A stretch of 64,000 nt of DNA. It comes from Acetobacteraceae bacterium (GTDB lineage: Bacteria; Pseudomonadota; Alphaproteobacteria; Acetobacterales; Acetobacteraceae). Positions 53,693-62,954 of the stretch are shown here, piece by piece (the stretch's first letter is position 1; each line of letters begins with the position of its first letter). A program made the translations under genes and the position numbers. The DNA lies in NCBI GenBank assembly GCA_025354865.1, contig JANXMB010000143.1, positions 5,499 through 69,498 on the forward strand, in the 5' to 3' direction. The notes beneath the pieces were generated by a model. That model did no database searches. It was not told the origin of the DNA and saw nothing but the letters and a program-made list of their open reading frames with translations.

Positions 53693-54259
53693 ATGGACAT
53701 CGAGGCCGTTGCCGCCATCGCCCCGCCGCAAGGCTTGCCGTTCCAGATCCGCAAGATCGGCCATGTCGTGCTACATGTCGCCGACATCCCCACCTCCACC
53801 AAATTCTACGCCGATGTCATGGGCTTCAAGGTCTCCGACGTTTACGGACCCGAGACGATGCCCGGCGGTGCGGTGTTCATGCGGCTGAACACCGACCATC
53901 ACGGCGTCGCATTGTTTCAGGCCAGCCGCGGCAAGGTGGTCGGCACCGGCATGAACCACATGGCGTTCGAGGTCGGCACCCTGGACGAGGTGGTGCAGTT
54001 CCGAAACCACCTCCGCCGCCTGGAGATCGAGATCGATTTCGCCGGCCGTCGTCGCGCCGGTGTGCAGATCGCAGTCGAATTCCGCGATCCCGATGGGCAT
54101 CGGCTGGAAGTCTACTGGGGCATCGATCAAGTCGGCTCCGAAGGCCGGGTACGGCCGCCGCACGAATGGAAAGGCGCCCCGAGTATCGAGGCGGCGATCG
54201 CCGATCCCGTCGTCGGCCAGGACACGACGTTGCGCGATCCATCCATTCTGGACGGATGA
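53693..54259 (+). CDS. VOC-superfamily protein, paralog 2
   Basis: Collinear with paralog 1 over its full length (GHVV...NHMAFEV...EFRDPDGHRLE, shared C-terminal IEAAIADPVVGQDTTL). 14-nt spacer after paralog 1. Confidence 0.8.
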   Translation: MDIEAVAAIAPPQGLPFQIRKIGHVVLHVADIPTSTKFYADVMGFKVSDVYGPETMPGGAVFMRLNTDHHGVALFQASRGKVVGTGMNHMAFEVGTLDEVVQFRNHLRRLEIEIDFAGRRRAGVQIAVEFRDPDGHRLEVYWGIDQVGSEGRVRPPHEWKGAPSIEAAIADPVVGQDTTLRDPSILDG

Positions 54260-54271
54260 CCATCTAACCCC

Positions 54272-55039
54272 ATGGGCTTCTGGGGCAAGATCGTCGGCGG
54301 CGTGGCAGGCTTTGCCCTGGGTGGCCCCCCCGGTGCCGTGATCGGCGCCGCGCTGGGACATGCGGCAGACTCCGGCGGCATAAAGCTGCCCTTCGGCCAG
54401 AGCACCGTCGCCGGTCCCGCGAAAGTCGCCGCCATGTTCGGCCGGCGCGACCAGCTTTTCGCGATCGATGTCGTGGTCCTCGCCGCCAAACTCGCTCGCT
54501 GCGACGGTCCGGTCAATCGGGAGGAAATCGACGCGTTCAAACGCCAGTTCCGCTTCCCCCCGGAATCGGCGCGCGACATCGGCCGCCTGTTCGACCAGGC
54601 CCGCGACAAGCCAGAGCTATTCCTGCCGTACGCCGAGCAACTGGGGGAGGCGTTTGCGGATAGCCAGACGACGTTGGAGTCGGCTTTGCGTGGCCTGTTC
54701 GCCATCGCGCAGGCGGACGGGCCGATCGTCAAAGCCGAGCTGGCCTATTTGCAGGCGGTTCACCGCGCATTCCGATTGGATCGGCCGGCCTGGGACCGCG
54801 CGAGCGGCACGACCCCGCAAGTCGATCCCGCCGAACCCGACCCCTACACCGTGCTCGGCGTCGGCCCCGATGCCGACAACAAGCAACTGCGCGACACCTG
54901 GCGCCAACTGATGCGGGAAAACCATCCCGACAGCCTCGCCGGCCGGGGTGTCCCGCAAGCCTTCATCGATGGCGCCAGCGAGAAGGTTGCCCGCATCAAC
55001 GCCGCCTGGGACCGCATCAAACGGGAGCGTGGATTGTGA
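54272..55039 (+). CDS. djlA: DjlA-like co-chaperone (Gly-rich N-terminal anchor, TerB-like domain, C-terminal J domain)
   Basis: N-terminus MGFWGKIVGGVAGFALGGPPGAVIGAALG. Central TerB-like repeat (LAAKLARCDGPVNREEIDAF...). C-terminal J domain DPYTVLGVGPDADNKQLRDTWRQLMRENHPD. Confidence 0.75.
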   Translation: MGFWGKIVGGVAGFALGGPPGAVIGAALGHAADSGGIKLPFGQSTVAGPAKVAAMFGRRDQLFAIDVVVLAAKLARCDGPVNREEIDAFKRQFRFPPESARDIGRLFDQARDKPELFLPYAEQLGEAFADSQTTLESALRGLFAIAQADGPIVKAELAYLQAVHRAFRLDRPAWDRASGTTPQVDPAEPDPYTVLGVGPDADNKQLRDTWRQLMRENHPDSLAGRGVPQAFIDGASEKVARINAAWDRIKRERGL

Positions 55040-55749
55040 TTTACGACCGCCCCAGCCCCAACCACGACGCGCGCGGCATGCCGGTCGATATGCTGATGCT
55101 GCATTATACCGGCATGAAAACGGCCAAAGAGGCCATCGATCGGCTGCGCGATCCCGCAGCCGAGGTATCGTCGCATTACGTCGTGGACGAGGACGGCGCC
55201 GTTTTCGCGTTGGTGCCCGAAGATCGCCGCGCCTGGCATGCCGGCATTTCCATCTGGCGGGGGCACAAAGCCCTCAATGCTCGGTCGATCGGGGTCGAAA
55301 TCGTCAACCCCGGTCACGAATGGGGCTATCGGGATTTCCCGGTCCTGCAAATGGCCGCCGTCTGCGATCTAAGCCTGAACATCCTCGCCCGCCATGCCAT
55401 CCCGGCCCGCAACGTGGTCGGCCACAGCGATGTCGCCCCGGATCGCAAACAAGACCCGGGCGAGCGCTTCGGCTGGGCGGATCTCGCCCGCAATGGCGTG
55501 GGACTATGGCCGGACGGGGTGCCCGACCTCGGCACGGGCGCGCCGGTGCGGGATGCTGCCAGCTTGCGGGATGTCCGCCTCGCGCTGACCGAAATCGGCT
55601 ACGATGTCGCGCCGGAGGGGCCGTTGGACCCTGCTTTGGCAATCGTGCTGCGCGCCTTTCAACGCCATTGGCGGCAAGAGGCCATCACCGGCCAAGCCGA
55701 TTCCGGCACCCTCGGCAGGCTGCTCGGCGTACGTCGCCTGTTTACCTGA
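55036..55749 (+). CDS. N-acetylmuramoyl-L-alanine amidase (Amidase_2, AmpD/AmiD-like) with C-terminal peptidoglycan-binding domain
   Basis: The GTG start overlaps the djlA stop (GTGA). HYTG, SSHYVVDEDG, RAWHAG, GVEIVN and GHSDVAPDRKQDPG motifs. C-terminal LRAFQRHW-type PG_binding_1 segment. Confidence 0.85.
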   Translation: MIYDRPSPNHDARGMPVDMLMLHYTGMKTAKEAIDRLRDPAAEVSSHYVVDEDGAVFALVPEDRRAWHAGISIWRGHKALNARSIGVEIVNPGHEWGYRDFPVLQMAAVCDLSLNILARHAIPARNVVGHSDVAPDRKQDPGERFGWADLARNGVGLWPDGVPDLGTGAPVRDAASLRDVRLALTEIGYDVAPEGPLDPALAIVLRAFQRHWRQEAITGQADSGTLGRLLGVRRLFT

Positions 55750-56890
55750 CCAGGGCGCCCAGCAAGGAGTCCAGACGCAGCCGCCCCTCCGCCGTGGCGA
55801 TCAGGCGACCGCTTTCCATAACGATATAGTCGGCGTCAATCGCTTGACGCAGTACGTCGCCGTCGATGGCATCGGCCAAAGCAACCGCAGTGCGGGCTTC
55901 GAAGCGGGCGATGTCGATGCCCTCGGCCAGCCGCAGCCCCATCAACAGCATTTCCTGCGCTTTCTCCTCGGCCCGCAAAACCGTTTCGGTGGTGGAGCCA
56001 TGGCCATCGCGCTCGACCCGTTCCGCCCAGGGTTCCGGCGCGCGATGGCGGCGAGTCGCCCGCAACTGCCCATCGACGGTCACCCGCCCGTGCGCGCCCG
56101 GCCCGATGCCGGCATAATCGGCATAGCGCCAATACGCGAGATTATGCCGGCTCTCGGCGCCCGGTCGGGCATAGTTGGAGATTTCGTACGGCCGCAGGCC
56201 GAACGCGGCGGCTTCCTCGGCGGTGGCCTCGTACATGCGGGCGGCATCGTCGTCGTCCGGCAGGATCAGTTCGCCCTTGCGGTGCAACGCCTCGAACGCG
56301 GTGCCGGGCTCGATGGTCAATTGATACAGCGACAGATGATCCGCCGCCAACGCCAGCGCCGTCCGCAACTCGGCACGCCAGGATGCCTCGGTCTGGTTCG
56401 GCCGAGCATAGATCAGATCGAACGACAGCCGGGGGAAGATGGCGCGGGCGGTTTCCAGCGCGGCGATGGCCTGCGTCGTCGAGTGTTGGCGCCCGAGCGC
56501 CTGGAGTGCGGCGGGATCCAGGCTTTGAACGCCGAGGGAGGCGCGATTGACCCCCGCCTGCCGGAACGCAGCGAGGCGGCCAGATTCGACGCTGGTGGGA
56601 TTGGCTTCCAGGGTGATTTCGATGTCGGGCGTCGGATCGAACAGGCGGAAGGCGTCGTCCAACAAGGCGGCGACGGTTTCAGGCTCCATCAGGCTCGGGG
56701 TGCCGCCGCCGAAGAACACCGATGTCAGCGGCCGACGCCCCAGGCGGGCGGCTTCCCATGCCAGTTCCCGCCGCAACCCGTCGCGAAACCGCGCCTGCGG
56801 AATGCGGTCGCGCACATGCGAGTTGAAATCGCAGTAGGGGCACTTGGACAGGCAAAACGGCCAATGGATATAAAGGGCGAGAGGTTCCAT
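55742..56890 (-). CDS. hemW: radical SAM heme chaperone HemW (oxygen-independent coproporphyrinogen oxidase-like)
   Basis: MEPLALYIHWPFCLSKCPYCDFNS with the CxxxCxxC radical-SAM cluster. 382 aa. 8-nt convergent overlap with the amidase gene. Confidence 0.9.
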   Translation of the reverse strand: MEPLALYIHWPFCLSKCPYCDFNSHVRDRIPQARFRDGLRRELAWEAARLGRRPLTSVFFGGGTPSLMEPETVAALLDDAFRLFDPTPDIEITLEANPTSVESGRLAAFRQAGVNRASLGVQSLDPAALQALGRQHSTTQAIAALETARAIFPRLSFDLIYARPNQTEASWRAELRTALALAADHLSLYQLTIEPGTAFEALHRKGELILPDDDDAARMYEATAEEAAAFGLRPYEISNYARPGAESRHNLAYWRYADYAGIGPGAHGRVTVDGQLRATRRHRAPEPWAERVERDGHGSTTETVLRAEEKAQEMLLMGLRLAEGIDIARFEARTAVALADAIDGDVLRQAIDADYIVMESGRLIATAEGRLRLDSLLGALVR

Positions 56891-57001
56891 GGACGAGATA
56901 TAGGCGATGTCGGGCAGCGGTGGACAAGGAAGTGTGGAGCGCGTGCGGGAGGCGACCGGGGCGCTAATGGTCCGAAGGTGAATCGGCCCACCAAATCAAA
57001 G

Positions 57002-57051
57002 CCTAGCGGTCAGAATCCGACGGTTCTTTTCGTCGGATTCTGACCGCTAGG
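57002..57051 (-). terminator. perfect 21-bp stem / 8-nt loop hairpin; probable intrinsic terminator of the GNAT gene
   Basis: Arms CCTAGCGGTCAGAATCCGACG (57002-57022) and CGTCGGATTCTGACCGCTAGG (57031-57051), loop GTTCTTTT. The stem contains the GNAT stop codon (57047-57049). On the minus strand the stem is followed by CTTTGATTT. Confidence 0.55.
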
Positions 57052-57619
57052 TGCGGACGTGCGCGGGGATACGTAACCCCAGCCGGGTCGGCACATTCCA
57101 TTGTTCCCGCGCCTGTCGCACGGGGCGGAAGCCGGAGCGGATATAGGTCGGCAGCGCGCGCGGATGGTCGGCGGTGCAAGTATTGACCGTCATCCCCTTG
57201 GCTCCGGCCGCCCAGGCGGCGTCGATCGCATGACGCAGAAAACGGTAACCGACGCCGGTGCCGACGACGCGCGGCATCAGGCCGAAATAGCTCAGGTTCA
57301 TATCGGGCCAATGGCGGCCGTCCAGCTCGAAAAATCCGGCAGGCTCGCCGCCTTCGTACAGCGTGTGGATCGACACGTCCGGATCGGCCAGGAGATCGGC
57401 GAGTTCGTGGTCGGACAGGGTGCGCCGCAACCACCAGACATAGTCGGCGCCGACGGTATCGTAGAGATACCGATAGAACGGCACGCTCGCCTGTGCCGCC
57501 CGAACGATCTGGTAGCCCGGGGGAAGGGCCGGCGCCCGCTCGGCTGGCGGCCGATCCATTCGCAAAAAAGTGACCGTGACAGTCACCCTCGTCACCGCTT
57601 CCATCCTGCCCGTCCGCAT
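57047..57619 (-). CDS. GNAT-family N-acetyltransferase
   Basis: ORF 57047..57931(-) trimmed to the ATG at 57617-57619 (alternative ATG at 57604). Acetyl-CoA-binding segment RVVGTGVGYRFLRHAI (Q/RxxGxG/A type). Confidence 0.7.
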   Translation of the reverse strand: MRTGRMEAVTRVTVTVTFLRMDRPPAERAPALPPGYQIVRAAQASVPFYRYLYDTVGADYVWWLRRTLSDHELADLLADPDVSIHTLYEGGEPAGFFELDGRHWPDMNLSYFGLMPRVVGTGVGYRFLRHAIDAAWAAGAKGMTVNTCTADHPRALPTYIRSGFRPVRQAREQWNVPTRLGLRIPAHVRT

Positions 57620-57787
57620 TGCTTGAGCGCCTTGTTTAATCGCATTCCGCCGATGGAGCGAGATGGCATGCCCGCATCGGTGCGCCAGTTCGTTGTTGCG
57701 CGTACGATATCTCGATGCTAGGTTTTTTCTGGGTACTAACGATCCAGCGCCGTACAAGCTGAATCGAACGATAAGGGGAATGTCGCG

Positions 57788-59647
57788 ATGACTCTCAGCC
57801 GTTTGTCGATTGTCACGGCCATCGCGGTCATGGCGTTGATGGGATCGGGCCGAGCGGAAACCGCCGGTTGGACGGATGTGCCGCAGGGTTGGTCGGATGC
57901 GCAACGTGTTGCGTGGTGGACCGCGAGCCAAGGGTCTCGGCTGATTCCTCAGGCCTGGCTGGATGCGCTGGAACAGCCCGACAGCACAGCGATGTTCCTG
58001 GATCCCGCTTACATCGCGTCCTTCCGCTATCTGCCGAACCCGACTTCCGGCTGGACCAGCCCTGATCGAAATTGCCCGTACGACCCGGCGATCCCCCTCG
58101 GGTTTACCGTCGATTGCCAGTCGGACGCCAATCTCAGCAATTCAAAGTTGCGCTGGAAAGCAAAGCAGGGGGAGAACGAACCCTGGGTCGGGATGAATTG
58201 TTCCGCCTGCCATACCGCCGAATTGACTTATAAATCGACCCGCCTGCGGGTGGACGGCGCCCCCACGTTGGCCGATTTCCAGTCGTTCATGGAAGCGCTG
58301 AACAAAGCGCTGGGACAGATCGCCGATCCCAGAGATCCCGGTAAATTCAATCGTTTCGCCAACCGGGTGCTGGGACTCAGTGCGTCCGCCGAGGACACGG
58401 GGCTGCTGATCACCGCTCTGGCGCAACTGAACAAGTGGAACAGCGATCTCGCGAAATTGAACAATCCGGGCGGCCTGCGGTACGGCTTCGGGCGTTTGGA
58501 TGCAATTGGCAACATCTTCAACAAAGTCGCCCTGATCGCGAACCCGGCCGACGTGGCGCATCAGAATGCCAATCCGTCCGATGCGCCGGTCAGCTATCCG
58601 TTCCTTTGGAACGTGCCGCAGTTGAACAAGGTGGAGTGGAACGGTAGCGCACCGAATATCGATCTGAACGACATCCGAGCGGGCGCCATGGTTCGCAACA
58701 CCGGGGAGGTGGTGGGCGTGTTCGCCGATATCGCCATCCGCAACAAACCCGGTTTCGCGCAGGGCTATACATCCAGCATCGACCTGCCCAATCTGGTGAA
58801 AATGGAAACGCAGCTGACCTCGCTGCAACCGCCGGCATGGCCTGCGGTCCTTCCGGCCATCGACAAAGGACTGGCCGACACCGGTAGCGGGCTGTTCAAA
58901 TCCCAATGCGCATCCTGCCACAGCGTGCCATCGTCACGCGCCAATCTGGCCGAAAAATATACTGTGACCCTGCAACCGGTCATGGCCGGACCCGATCCGG
59001 CGAATACCGACATGTGGATGGCCTGCAATGCCATTCTGGATTGGGCGAATACCGGGCTGTTCAAGGGCAACGCGACGCAGTTCGTCAATCAGACCACCTT
59101 CGGCGCCACCTCCAACAGCTTCACCCTGACCGGCAATGCGGCGTTGGGCGCGCTGCTGGACCGAAAGCTCGACCTTGCGAGCGCCGCGTTCCAGGGCCTG
59201 TTCGGCTTCTCCCAGGGGTTGCCGCTGCCGAGCAAAAAGATCTTCCAGGCCGGGTTGTCGCCGAAACAGGTCCGCGCGGCCGCTTGCAAGGCCTATAAGG
59301 AAGACGATCCTGCCAATCCCAAAATGGTCTACAAAGGCCGGCCGTTGCAGGGCATCTGGGCGACGGCCCCCTATCTGCACAACGGCTCCGTCGCCAACCT
59401 GCGAGAATTGTTGCTGCCACCGGCCCAACGCAAAACCGCGTTCGCGCTTGGCACGCGGGAGTTCGATCCGGTGGATGTTGGGTTCTCGACCGATCCCGCA
59501 GCGCCGGGGAACACCTTCCAGTTCCGCACCAAGGACGCCAATGGCGTTGCGATCGACGGCAATTCCAACGCCGGGCACGACTACAACAACGCCGGCCTGA
59601 AGGAAGCCGATATTCGGGCGCTGATCGAATACATGAAGACGCTGTAA
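57788..59647 (+). CDS. secreted di-heme cytochrome c peroxidase/MauG-like protein
   Basis: AAGGGGA SD. Signal peptide. Two CxxCH heme motifs (CSACH, CASCH). CCP/MauG-type segment WATAPYLHNGSVANLRELL. 619 aa with a ~130-aa extension before heme 1. Confidence 0.75.
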   Translation: MTLSRLSIVTAIAVMALMGSGRAETAGWTDVPQGWSDAQRVAWWTASQGSRLIPQAWLDALEQPDSTAMFLDPAYIASFRYLPNPTSGWTSPDRNCPYDPAIPLGFTVDCQSDANLSNSKLRWKAKQGENEPWVGMNCSACHTAELTYKSTRLRVDGAPTLADFQSFMEALNKALGQIADPRDPGKFNRFANRVLGLSASAEDTGLLITALAQLNKWNSDLAKLNNPGGLRYGFGRLDAIGNIFNKVALIANPADVAHQNANPSDAPVSYPFLWNVPQLNKVEWNGSAPNIDLNDIRAGAMVRNTGEVVGVFADIAIRNKPGFAQGYTSSIDLPNLVKMETQLTSLQPPAWPAVLPAIDKGLADTGSGLFKSQCASCHSVPSSRANLAEKYTVTLQPVMAGPDPANTDMWMACNAILDWANTGLFKGNATQFVNQTTFGATSNSFTLTGNAALGALLDRKLDLASAAFQGLFGFSQGLPLPSKKIFQAGLSPKQVRAAACKAYKEDDPANPKMVYKGRPLQGIWATAPYLHNGSVANLRELLLPPAQRKTAFALGTREFDPVDVGFSTDPAAPGNTFQFRTKDANGVAIDGNSNAGHDYNNAGLKEADIRALIEYMKTL

Positions 59648-59661
59648 CGTGATCGATCCTG

Positions 59662-60867
59662 TTACGCGATCGCAGGGTTCTCCGCCCGATCCGCGAAACC
59701 GATCGTGCCGGTGCCAGCCGTGCCGGTGCCAGCCGCGCCGGTGCGATCGAAAACGACGAACCGGTTGGCAAAAAGGGGCAGACCGAGGTTCGACTGCCCG
59801 TTGAGCGTGCCGTTGTCGCTCACGATCGCCAACATGGCCGCGCCCGCCGCCCCGACGTCGAACTGCCAGTAATCCTTGGGCGCGACATCGATCACGACCG
59901 CCGCGCCGTCGCTACCTCGCAGGATAAAACCGAGCACCGGCCACTGGGTCAGATCGATCCGGGTCTGGTCGAAATTGGCGCCGGCGGATTGCAGGTAGGC
60001 CTGCAACGTCTGCGATACCTGCGGATCGAACGCGCGCAACGCATCGAGCAGCCGATCGAACAGCGCGCGATCCAACATCAGATAGGGCGACCCGCTATCC
60101 ACGATCGCGGTGGAGGCGACCGCGCCGCCGGGTGCAACTGGGGACACCGCGATCGAACGGTCGCCAACCCGCAACGACATCAAATCGACGCTGTAATAAC
60201 GCTCGTGCACGACGGCGATTTTGGCGATTGGGCCGACGTATAAATCGGTGCAATCGGCCCCGCCGCCCAGCACAAAAAGCCCCTGGTTTGCGGGATCGGC
60301 GGCCGGATCGTCCAAAACCTCCCGCGTCATGGACCGCTGCACGGCGAAGGCGAATGTGTCGGCGACCAGACCGGCGGCGACCAATCGATCCGAAAACGGC
60401 ACGATAGCGGCGGGCTGCCCCAAGGGGAGTAGGTCCGCCGTGTATTTGGTCTCCCAGGTATTGGCCGGCATCCGGTAGCCGGTGTTGAGCGCGGCGAACG
60501 CCAGACCGAAAATGCCATCGGCCCGATCGAAGGTGCCCGGTGGATTATCGTAGGCGACGGCAAGATCGGTGCCGGCCAGCTTTGCCACGGGGGCGCCGGG
60601 ACCGGCGACCAATCCGACCGACGCCTGCACGATGGCGGCATGAAATTCGCCGGACCCGAACGATTCTTTTGCCAGAATTTGGGTTGTGGTCACGCCCGCG
60701 TCGCCAGTGGGGTCGTAGATCGCGCCATCGACCACCAACACACCGCTACCGGTGTCGAGGATGACGTTGACCCGCTGCTGCTGGCTCCCCACTGCGATCG
60801 GCATCGCAAACTGTCCGCCGGTGAGCGTGTTGGTTATGGGCACGCGGACAATTTCGGGCACGATCAT
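59662..60867 (-). CDS. pepsin-like (family A1) aspartic protease homolog, leaderless
   Basis: ILDTGSG (60742-60762) and IVDSGSP (60085-60105) catalytic-type motifs in the two halves. Flap-like SFGSGE, GIFGLAFAAL and C-terminal FVVFDR match pepsin landmarks. GGAGG SD sits 6 nt before the ATG at 60865-60867. An in-frame stop lies at 60925-60927. Confidence 0.75.
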   Translation of the reverse strand: MIVPEIVRVPITNTLTGGQFAMPIAVGSQQQRVNVILDTGSGVLVVDGAIYDPTGDAGVTTTQILAKESFGSGEFHAAIVQASVGLVAGPGAPVAKLAGTDLAVAYDNPPGTFDRADGIFGLAFAALNTGYRMPANTWETKYTADLLPLGQPAAIVPFSDRLVAAGLVADTFAFAVQRSMTREVLDDPAADPANQGLFVLGGGADCTDLYVGPIAKIAVVHERYYSVDLMSLRVGDRSIAVSPVAPGGAVASTAIVDSGSPYLMLDRALFDRLLDALRAFDPQVSQTLQAYLQSAGANFDQTRIDLTQWPVLGFILRGSDGAAVVIDVAPKDYWQFDVGAAGAAMLAIVSDNGTLNGQSNLGLPLFANRFVVFDRTGAAGTGTAGTGTIGFADRAENPAIA

Positions 60868-60951
60868 TCCCTCCTCCTGAGAGGGGGAACGATATCGGCC
60901 CTCGGCACAGATGCGCCACCGAAATTATCGGTGAGGCGGCGGCGGAGTGTA

Positions 60952-62907
<1,956 letters not shown>

Positions 62908-62954
62908 CGCTCAAGACACTCCTACATCGTTCGGAGGCATCCGCCCCCTGTCCA

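Noticed and set aside
57003-57434. 143-aa minus-strand ORF spanning the palindrome and the 3' part of the GNAT gene
   Set aside because: It is off-frame to the GNAT gene, which has an acetyl-CoA-binding motif. It begins inside the hairpin and its sequence is low complexity.
60868-60951. Intrinsic terminator between rpoD and the pepsin-like gene
   Set aside because: Only a 6-bp stem (CACCGA/TCGGTG, loop TAAT) was found and it has no U-tract. This is insufficient to claim termination, so co-transcription with rpoD remains possible.
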